NCBI GenBank assembly: GCA_001600815.1
Contig: BCKZ01000017.1
Span: forward strand, 349,970-413,969
Origin: Alloascoidea hylecoeti
Lineage: Eukaryota
Length of the DNA stretch: 64,000 nt
Direction of reading: 5' to 3'
Below are positions 49,954 to 59,976 of the stretch, one piece after another; the stretch's first letter is position 1, and the number at the start of each line of letters is the position of its first letter. Below the pieces are notes generated by a model. That model was not told the origin of the DNA and made no database searches. It was given only the letters and a program-made list of their open reading frames with translations. The position numbers were made by a program, and so were the translations under genes.

Positions 49954-50251
49954 TTTTTTCACATTTTTGAGAATTTGTTACATTAAGAATAGAGATGCAT
50001 TTTATATGAATCATATTATAGATAATCACTATCTTTTTTTTTTACATATATTTTGGAAATATAAGCTGATTTTTTATTATTATTATTCCATATCACATTC
50101 TTTTTAAGCAAGTACTACTTTTTTATTTACATATTGATTTAAATTTATTTTTATTTTTGTTAAGTTTTATCCTTCTATAAAATATCTCAAACATTTTAAA
50201 TTTAAAACTCTTTTTTTAAAAAAATATCATAAAAATCTCTTTTTTCTTTTG

Positions 50252-50376
50252 GATTTGATTTGATTTGATTTGATTTGATTTGATTTGATTTGATTTGATT
50301 TGATTTGATTTGATTTGATTCGATTCGATTCGATTTGATTCAGTTCGGTTTGATTTGATTTGATTTGGTTTGATTT
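50252..50376. repeat. (GATTT)n microsatellite with GATTC variants
   Basis: Directly visible. Confidence 0.95.
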
Positions 50377-52352
50377 GGATATCATATCATTTCATATCAT
50401 ATTTACATTTACATATTCATATTCATATTCATTATCACATTACTCATTTTATTTATTTATTTAATTAATTAAATGTTGTGACTATAATTTTTCTTTATGT
50501 TTCCTTATGATCATTTTCCTTTAAATAAAATATCATTGGGATATATCTAAACAATTTATGGTTTTTTTGTGTTTTGTGTTTTTTTTTTTGATAATGGACA
50601 CACATTATGAATGAATGAAATTAGATTTTGTTTTTTAAGTTAATGAAAATGAAGGTATTATAAAAATGGTTTTTATAAATACGATTAATTGATTGATGAA
50701 AATCATTTCCAATTTATTAATCTTTTTTTTTATATGCATATTACTATATAGCTATTGGGAAAGAAAAGAAGAAATAAGTTAAAAAAAAATCTTACCATGT
50801 TTTTTATGTTTTTTTTTTTTTTGTGGGGGAATTGCATAGAAGGTATATTTGATCTTAAACAGATCTTATAATATTTCATTTTATCTTATTTTTCTTTATT
50901 TATCAATTAATTTATACTCAAACATTCTTTTTCTTTTTCATAAATAATTTTTTTTTTTTTTTTTTTTTTTTTTTGGTTTTTCAATTTCACTACAATTACA
51001 ATTACAATTTTCTTACAGGCAGAGATGATATGAATGATTATATATTATTATCATAATAATTTACTAGAGTTGTTTATTTGTTGTTACAACTGGGATTATA
51101 TTATTATTACAAATTGTTTTTATTTGTTTGTACTGTATGAGTAGTTGATTTGTATTTTATTTGAAAATGTTTTTTATAAGCTTACATTTTTTTATATATT
51201 TTTTATATACTTTTATATTATTTTTATACAATTTTTTTTAAGGCTGTAAATATCACTCTTTTTTTTTGTTTAATATTTATAAATTTAAAGAGCTTTTTAT
51301 TTCAGTGAAGTCGCAATTTGCCAATAAAAAGATTTAATTCCTATAAAACTTGCAAATGTGAAAGATTTTCTATCGGGATGCTACGGATTTTGTTACTCCA
51401 AATTTTCAATCTTATGCAGCATAGGAAATATTTATGCTTACAATTGCCCTTTTCATCAAAAATAACTCCAGATTGAAACTTGTATCATGAAGACCTAATT
51501 CTTCTCATTTCTAAACGAGTGATACACTTTTAGCTAATGAGTGGTCATTTAATCGAGCTTTAACGCAAAATATCATCATCATAGCAATCAACCCCGTGGC
51601 TTTTATTAAATTTCATTTTTCGCCTTTCATCTCCCTAAGCTTCATAAGCTAATTGCATCAAGCAATCCTCTAATTCCATTATTCTGTCTAGTAATAATAA
51701 TATGAAAATCTCTTTGGGAAAATTAATATATTTTCAGCTAATATATTAAAAGTCGGGAAACATCTAATCTTTATATAATCTAATATTTTGCTATTCTGGT
51801 GCTACTATGGTACTATAGCTAAATTGGTAAGTAATGAGAACAAAAACAAATATGTTAATGTTGTATAAATAAAACATTTAACATAATCTAAAATACGAAA
51901 TTTAATCAGAAGGAAGTTAGAATCCAATTATATATTTCCAATTTTCTCGTTACCTTCAATTCTTTTTCTTGTTTTAGTTTTAGTTTTAGTTTTCGTTTTT
52001 GTTTGTGTTTTTGTTTTCCTGAAAACAATCTGCATGTACCACATCCATCAGCTGCAGATATACTTCATTTGGTCTTCCACATGTGCATGTTTATGTCTGT
52101 ATATTACATTTTCTTATAATAGAGTTTCGAAAAATTAAAAATACTTTTGAAAGATCAGATATAATCAATCATTTTATAGAAATTAGTGTATCTCCGGACC
52201 ATAAAAGGACTTGTGTTCCACTTGTCAGGGGACGATCAAGCTTTAATCGGACTATTATCTACTAATACACAGTAAGACTAGTATCGCGATTAATACGCCA
52301 CTATAACACCCAGCACAAAAAAGAGCTAATTAGATGATATGACTGTATAAAT

Positions 52353-52526
52353 ATATTTTGTTACTTCTTTTCAATTTAATTCACTCTGATAGGTTAGTGG
52401 TAAAACATTAGCTGAGTTGATACTGGTACCTACACTTTAACAACTCAGCTAATGTAGTATACTGCATTTGAAGATTAAAGACGATTATATGTATAAGTTA
52501 TGACATGCTGTTATACTATAATATGT
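52353..52526 (-). repeat. Dispersed repeat copy containing a perfect 15-bp stem hairpin (52405-52455)
   Basis: ACATTAGCTGAGTTG-21 nt-CAACTCAGCTAATGT; reverse complement of 43287-43453. Confidence 0.85.
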
Positions 52527-52742
52527 AAAGAATTAAGAGATAATATATTTTTATCAGAGTTTGAAAATTTTAAAACTATTGGTAGTGTCTAATGTCTAAC
52601 TTTAATTAATATTTTATGCAGATATACAAAACGGAAAGTATAGTGCATATACATTTTTATGTCATAAAAAAGAGAAAATGTCCCTTTTGCTTGTAACTAT
52701 TTTCCTTCTTATTTTTTTATTCAAGTAAACTCAACATTAAAA

Positions 52743-54080
52743 ATGTTAAAATATTCAATATTATCCTTATCACTTTTTACCTCCTTTTCCTATTCTAAAT
52801 TGGTTCCATTGATTTCATATGGTACTAATACAACAGAACCAACTGGCAATAGCACTGGTCTCCCTGTTATAGAAAGGGAGTTAACAAGGTACAAAGTACC
52901 TGGAATACGTTCAGCTGATTTTGGTATAGACTCTATGGAGAGCATGAATGAAGTAAAAATGACCGAAAATCAATATTTTGATACTATTTTAACCAATAAT
53001 AATAATTATTGGTATGGAGTAGAGGTGGAAATTGGCACCAATGGTGAAAAGGTTATGTTGGAGGTAGACACAGCTTCGTCTGACATGTGGGTGCAATCGG
53101 AGCATAATCCAAAATGCAACCAAAAATGCAAAAATCTTGGAACATATGATTCTTCAACTTCAAGGAGTCATAGAAAAATCAATGAAAATTTTGAAACTCA
53201 GGCCTGGGATAATAATAAAGGAACCGGGGATTGGGTAAGTGATGTGGTAACAATAAATACTAATGCAGTTGAAGATTTCACCTTCGGAGTTGTCAAATCA
53301 AACACCAAAAATACTGGTAGCGGTGGTGTACTTGGAGTCGGATTTCAAGAATCAGGAGGAGCCGGTTTAGGTCTCCAGTCTTATACGAACTATCCTAATG
53401 CTTTGGCAAAAGCTGGAATCATCAATTCTGCATCCTATTCGCTTTATTTAAGCGCTGATAATAAAAATGGTGGGTATATTTTATTTGGAGGAGTCGATCA
53501 TAGTAAATATGTTGGTGATTTAGTTTCAGCAAATTCTAGAGATATGGAGAAATTCACCGTTAGGTTGACTGGACTTAAGGTTGGTGGAACAACGTTTGAA
53601 TATTCGATGGAACTTGACGTTCTTTTAAATTCAAATTCACAACGAACTTACATACCTGCCAATATGTTACATTTAATAGCAAGCGATCTAGGTGGGGTAT
53701 ATCAAAAACAACTAGACGCCTATATTATATATGGTATTGAAAAATGTAACCCAACAGGAGATGTTGAATTTAGGTTTGACTGTTTAACAATTAAAGTACC
53801 TTTGAAAGACTTTTTAGATCCTATGGTTCAAAAAAAGTATACAGATCAACCACCAGTACCTGCCGGTTGTGCTATAACATTACTCCCCTCCAGAGGTGAA
53901 TATCCTGTTTTGGGCACTTCATTCTTGAAACACGCTTATGTCATTTTCGATTCACAAAATCATCAGGTGTCAATAGCTCAAGCAAATTTAAATGCTATGG
54001 GTCAAAGTGATATTGAAGCTATACGAAACGATGGACCGTATTATCTTAATGTTCCCAAAGCTATTGCTTGTAACGATTAA
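52743..54080 (+). CDS. Secreted pepsin-family protein with altered catalytic motifs (probable pseudoprotease)
   Basis: Signal peptide and pepsin-family motifs (LFGGVDHSKY, VLGTSFLK). Motif 1 is DTA and motif 2 is NSN instead of DTG/DSG. Confidence 0.88.
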   Translation: MLKYSILSLSLFTSFSYSKLVPLISYGTNTTEPTGNSTGLPVIERELTRYKVPGIRSADFGIDSMESMNEVKMTENQYFDTILTNNNNYWYGVEVEIGTNGEKVMLEVDTASSDMWVQSEHNPKCNQKCKNLGTYDSSTSRSHRKINENFETQAWDNNKGTGDWVSDVVTINTNAVEDFTFGVVKSNTKNTGSGGVLGVGFQESGGAGLGLQSYTNYPNALAKAGIINSASYSLYLSADNKNGGYILFGGVDHSKYVGDLVSANSRDMEKFTVRLTGLKVGGTTFEYSMELDVLLNSNSQRTYIPANMLHLIASDLGGVYQKQLDAYIIYGIEKCNPTGDVEFRFDCLTIKVPLKDFLDPMVQKKYTDQPPVPAGCAITLLPSRGEYPVLGTSFLKHAYVIFDSQNHQVSIAQANLNAMGQSDIEAIRNDGPYYLNVPKAIACND

Positions 54081-54370
54081 TATTTATGTTTCTATATGTT
54101 ACAGAGTTTTTTATTTAAGCATTAATGAATGACTGGTTCCAAAACACCTTAATAACTAAATATTCCCGCTAAATAATTACTAAATACTTTAATGACAATT
54201 TATCAAAATTTACTATGGACTCATATTAGGAGCTCAAGTAATTTAAAAACGTAAATAATATGATATGGTTCAATCAACTGCACCTATTAGATCAACCGAA
54301 AACGGTCCGCTTCAAAAATTTGAAGAGTTCATATCCAAAGTGAAATAGAAGTTAAACAATAAGAATAAAC

Positions 54371-54685
54371 AGTTTGAGGATCGGTTTAGTGATCTATCAA
54401 AGAAATATGGCAAGTTGCTGGAAATTTATTCAACGTCAATTAAAGCTGATAAAGCTCCAATATTAGATTTAAATCTAACTTACCTTACTATATTTTTAAT
54501 TCACCAAACGTATCCGCGGATCATGTATGTCGCGTAGGAGACTCAAACATTAGGTTGAAACATACAAAACACCCGGATAATATGGATTGATCATAAGAAG
54601 GTGCCTTTATGAGTTTATGATATTTGGAATGGAGGATTCAGCATATCAAGTTTTAGGTGTATACAAATGAAGTTTTTAATATCGT
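54371..54685 (+). repeat. 315-bp near-identical direct repeat (copy of 57843-58157)
   Basis: Base-by-base reading found only one mismatch. Confidence 0.92.
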
Positions 54686-56289
54686 TTCGTTTGGACTCAG
54701 TTTCCTTTCAGGATATTCTCAGGTATCACACACATGTTGACAATTCTATGTTTCTATCTCAATAAGAATGAAAATATTTCTTTACCACCATTACCACCAA
54801 CTGAAATGGATACAATACTAATATTTGTGGATAGATAATAATATTCTTTTAGAGTGTGATGAGAGTTTTAAAGAATATAATGGTTAAATTGATAATAATT
54901 ATAAGAAGAGAATGTAAAATGTGTTAGGAAGTGAAATTTGACAAAATCAGATATATCTTTACATACCGGTATAGTGGGTTTATTTCTTACTTGATTGATG
55001 GATTCAGAGCATATAGTTGTAGGATCTTTGATTTTTGATTTTAGTATGTCTTAATCAAAATAATCTGCTTAAATTTGCCGTCACTTAAATATATATAACT
55101 TATATATTATTATTCATTATTCATTATTAATCAAACTTAGACTGTTCAACCACCAATTCTCCAACTCACTTTATATTTTCTTAAGATCTATAATAAGTAA
55201 TATCATCATTAGAGATAACTATGTAGTGGAATCATCTAAGCAATAAAGTTGTGCTTTTTCTTTTTCATTTATGATTTCTTTCTAATTAATATAGAGCCAT
55301 TGTATCAACTTTATGAGTTTTATGGTTCAACGGATATAATGTTGTTTATTAATAGAGAATAATCTCTGCCATTAAAGTTTAATAATGAAAATACTATATG
55401 AATTTTAATGTGGGATACTAATTTGGAAAGTTCAATTTGATTAACTTTTTCACGAAAGAAAGTTTAAATATTAATTAAAGAAATTATTAGATGAAATCCC
55501 CTAAATAGTTAATTTTAACATATAAGGGTAGTAATAACGATTTGTAGTATTTCAAATAAGTTTCATATGGGTACATTTACAATCTTATGGTAGTTTTATA
55601 TTATCACTTATCATGCTCTTTTGAAATATACCTACCGACGTATAGGCCTTTATATCAATAGAACTAGATGATGTATTCCAGAACAACTACGTAGCTACTC
55701 TACCCATATGTATACTACTTCATTTGGTTCCCACATGTGCAATCATCAATTAAGAAGTACACATTTTATGTATATTTTCTTATAATAATATCATTGTAAT
55801 ATTATTAGTCCTTTTATATCTTTGATTAATTGTTATATATATTATATTTATATTTTATAATTAGCTACAAATGCTAACAGGTATTCTGAGCGTAGAATAT
55901 AGCGTATATTAGTGTCTAAATGAATGTCTGATCATGACATTTTTAGGTGTTCTACGTCTAAAATTATCAAATTTAATAATCCACAGTATACACAATATAG
56001 TTGTAATCAATATGAATGAAGAGTAATATTAATTATGATATATAGAGTGAATTTTGTAGTCGTGAGTTCAGCAGAGAAGATTTTCTGAACTCGCGGCCAC
56101 GAAACTAACTCGGTAGGTAAACAATAAGGAGTCTTTTTCATGCAGGTAGACAAATATGGATTCCACATATATTAAACAGCAAACGTTTTGAATTTTATTG
56201 TAGTTTCCATATTTGTATAAACAAAAATAAAAACAACTAATTTTTTTCTCGTTTTTTTATTTCTTTTTTTTCTTCAACCAACTATTATA

Positions 56290-57597
56290 ATGAGAATATC
56301 ATATTCCATATTATCACTATTACTCTTTACCTCAATTTCTTGTGCTAAATTGCAAGTATATAATAAAACAATTACAACAAACGCAACTGGCAATGCCGAT
56401 GGTGGCCTCCGTGTTCACGAGGTAAAAATAAATAGTGGTGAAATACCCAGGATAACATCATCGGACTTTGCTGAAGGTAGTAAAGCCAAAAGAGATAAAT
56501 ACTCTTCTTACTATTCAAATTCGGTTGCAGTTGCAAACCGATATTTTGATGGGATCCTACGTAATAAAACGAATGGGTATAGAGCCGAAATACAAGTTGG
56601 CTACCCCCCACAGAATATTTTAGTTAACATCGATTCTACTGCACACGTTTCATGGGTACATTCAAAAGAAAATGATAATTGTACAGAAGCTTGTAGGGCT
56701 TTTGGAACTTTTGACTCTTCAATATCTAAAACTTATGAAAAGATCAATGAAGATTTTGAGCTTACAAATTTGGATAATGTAAAGGTCTCTGGGGATTGGG
56801 TTGGAGAGCTGGTTACTCTAAACAATATTCTTCTAAAAGATTTTGCTTTGGGAGTTAGTAATAATAGTGAGATTACTGCTGGTGTACTTGGCGTTGGATT
56901 TCCGCGATTTAAAGATCAATCATTTACAAATTATCCCACTGGGTTAGTGAAAGCTGGAATCATTAATTCAGCAGCATATTCCATTTATTTGAACGGTGAT
57001 AATGAAAATGGTGGGAACATTCTGTTCGGAGGAGTTGACCATACTAAATATACTGGTAGTTTAGTGACACTGCCTACAGTCCATCTAAATGAACCGACAA
57101 TCAGATTAACCCATGTTTATATCGATAAAACACCATTCGATTATGAGGTTTCTATGGATGTTATTTTACATACAAGTACACTGATGTCATATTTTCCTAA
57201 AGATATGATCAAAGTAATTGCAGATGGTATTGGTGCAAAATATGATCAATTATTAGAGACATACGTTGTCGGGAAAAGCGATTTAAATGTAAAGAAATTA
57301 CAAGAAAATATTGAGTTCACTTTTGGTTGCACAAAAGTTAAGATACCCTTGGTAGACTTTTTTCTCGATGCAAAAACGATAGGGAAATATGTTCTGTTAG
57401 TACTCCCCTCCGAAGGTTTACCAAATTGTGTCCTTGGTCAATCGTTCTTGAAAAATGTTTATACCATATTTGATATTCAAAATAGTCAGATATCAATAGC
57501 TCAAGCAAATTTAAATTCTATGGGTAAAAGTAATGTTGAAGCTATACAAAACAACGGTTTAAATTACCTTAATGTTCCGAAAGCCATTGGCTGTTAA
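56290..57597 (+). CDS. Secreted pepsin-family protein with altered catalytic motifs (probable pseudoprotease)
   Basis: Signal peptide, KR processing site, LFGGVDHTKY, VLGQSFLK. Motif 1 is DST and motif 2 is HTS. Confidence 0.88.
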   Translation: MRISYSILSLLLFTSISCAKLQVYNKTITTNATGNADGGLRVHEVKINSGEIPRITSSDFAEGSKAKRDKYSSYYSNSVAVANRYFDGILRNKTNGYRAEIQVGYPPQNILVNIDSTAHVSWVHSKENDNCTEACRAFGTFDSSISKTYEKINEDFELTNLDNVKVSGDWVGELVTLNNILLKDFALGVSNNSEITAGVLGVGFPRFKDQSFTNYPTGLVKAGIINSAAYSIYLNGDNENGGNILFGGVDHTKYTGSLVTLPTVHLNEPTIRLTHVYIDKTPFDYEVSMDVILHTSTLMSYFPKDMIKVIADGIGAKYDQLLETYVVGKSDLNVKKLQENIEFTFGCTKVKIPLVDFFLDAKTIGKYVLLVLPSEGLPNCVLGQSFLKNVYTIFDIQNSQISIAQANLNSMGKSNVEAIQNNGLNYLNVPKAIGC

Positions 57598-57842
57598 AAT
57601 TAATATTGATGTTTCTATATGTTTCCGAGTTTCCTACTTAGGCATTAATATTAATGAATGACTGACTCCATTAATGACTGAATAGATTATGTATTCCCGC
57701 TAAATTATTATAACTAAATACTTTAATAACAATTTATCAAAATTTGTTAGGATTCATATTAGGAACTCTTTTAATCTAAAACGTAAATAAGATAAAATGG
57801 TTCAATCGCAATTTGAAGAGTTCAAGCCCGAAGTGAAAGATA

Positions 57843-58157
57843 AGTTTGAGGATCGGTTTAGTGATCTATCAAAGAAATATGGCAAGTTGCTGGAAATTTA
57901 TTCAACGTCAATTAAAGCTGATAAAGCTCCAATATTGGATTTAAATCTAACTTACCTTACTATATTTTTAATTCACCAAACGTATCCGCGGATCATGTAT
58001 GTCGCGTAGGAGACTCAAACATTAGGTTGAAACATACAAAACACCCGGATAATATGGATTGATCATAAGAAGGTGCCTTTATGAGTTTATGATATTTGGA
58101 ATGGAGGATTCAGCATATCAAGTTTTAGGTGTATACAAATGAAGTTTTTAATATCGT
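57843..58157 (+). repeat. 315-bp near-identical direct repeat (copy of 54371-54685)
   Basis: Direct comparison. Confidence 0.92.
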
Positions 58158-58440
58158 ATGTCTTAATCAACATGGATTACCCAAAGTTGCCCTCACTTTA
58201 ATGTATAACTTATATATTATTATTCATTATTTATTATTCATTATTCATTATTCATTATTAATCAAACTTAGACAGTTCAACCACCAATTCTCTAGACTTT
58301 CAAAATTTCAGCGCATACACTATAAATTTCATGGACTCCCTATAATATGATTATAAATACTTTTTTTGACTCAAAGGCTTGGTGTGACTGTTGTAGAGCA
58401 TAAAAATTTCTAGATGCGGATTCCGTAGTGTTTTAACGTT

Positions 58441-58625
58441 ATTCCCCTCCAGAGATGATTATCCTGTTTTGGGTATTTCACACTATTTTCGATTTACCAA
58501 AATAATGATCAGGTATCCATAGCTCAAGCTAATTTAAGTTCCAGGGGTAAAAGTAATATCGAAGCTATAGAAAACAATGTCCATATTATCTTAATGTTCC
58601 GATAGTCACTGCTTGTCCAGACTAG
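58441..58625 (+). pseudogene. 3' fragment of an aspartic-protease paralog
   Basis: CCCTCCAGAG..TATCCTGTTTTGGG, ATAGCTCAAGC.AATTTAA and TATTATCTTAATGTTCC match the 3' end of 52743-54080; frameshifted. Confidence 0.85.
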
Positions 58626-59607
58626 GATTAATATTTACACTATATACCCACTATTGGTATTGTTTATTATCTTCTTTATAATTTCATGTCAATAAATATA
58701 TATTTAAATGTGTACTTATAGTCTATACTTACACTATGAATATGCCTTATGATTAACACTTTCTCGAGCTGATACGTAAGTTTGAAACTTTGATAAGACA
58801 TACTAGTTGATATTTCGATTGGAAGTTCCAAAATATTCCTCAGACGCGGCGGGTCTCAGAGTGAAATAGATTATTCAATAAGTTTAGTTACTTGGAAAAC
58901 ATGATTGATCTAAATTTGAATATATACCCCTACGTATTTGCAATTTCATTTTTATTTCTATTTATGATTTCTTCTTAAATATTATAGCGCCCTTTGAAAG
59001 ATTAACGTTTGTAACGGCCATGTTAGCATTGTTTATTAATATATAGTGATATCTGCCATATCTTATTGTTAAAGCTTAAGAATGAAATTACTGTGAGATT
59101 TTTTTAATGTGAAAGACTAATATTAATGGAAGGTTCAATACAATTAAAGTTTTCATAGAGAAAACTTAAATTAAAAAAAAGACATTAATGATACCGGTAT
59201 AGGTGTAGTATATGCAATAACGATTTTTAGTATTTAAGTTCATGGGTATCAAGTATTCATCATTTATCGTATGCTAGCTATATATATATATACTATTATT
59301 TATCATAGTCTTTTGAAGTAGAGATGATTAATAGATAGAATTTGTAAATTTAAAAAGCGAGAAGATTAGCAAACCTATATCAATACTCTCAGTACTACAT
59401 ACTGACCCTATAAATTAACCTCGTATTCCTCGTTCCTCATTCCTCATAGCTTACCTATAAATTTCGGATTTACGATCATTACTTGAATAGAATTGGTATT
59501 TATAACTGAATGATAAAAAAAATATGAATGTAGTTAAAGAAAATTTCATTCTATCTCTTATTCTGAACTGAGTCCTTAGAGATTTCAAGTCATTTTTTCT
59601 TTTCTCT

Positions 59608-59690
59608 GTCCATGGCCAATCATTCTTGAAAAACATTTATGCTATGTTTGATATACAAAATTATCAGCGTATTACATAATAGCTAAGGAA
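59608..59690 (+). pseudogene. Short fragment of an aspartic-protease paralog
   Basis: Reads GQSFLKNIYAMFDIQN, matching GQSFLKNVYTIFDIQN of 56290-57597. Confidence 0.75.
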
Positions 59691-59976
59691 AAACTAATTA
59701 CAATATTAATAGATACAAGTAATAAAGATCTAAGCTCATGCATATACATTGAAATCATTGAAACCTAATGCTAGACTGCCAGTTATAATTAAATTGATTA
59801 AAATATTTATAATTATTTTTCATGACACAAAAACTTAAAGTACTTTCAAAAAATTGCAAAAAAACATAAACACAATGAAATAATAATAATTTATGATAAA
59901 ACAAGTTTAGTTAAAACTATGACATATATAACTATTATAATGTAGATTTGTATAGGATATAAGAATATCGTACTTC

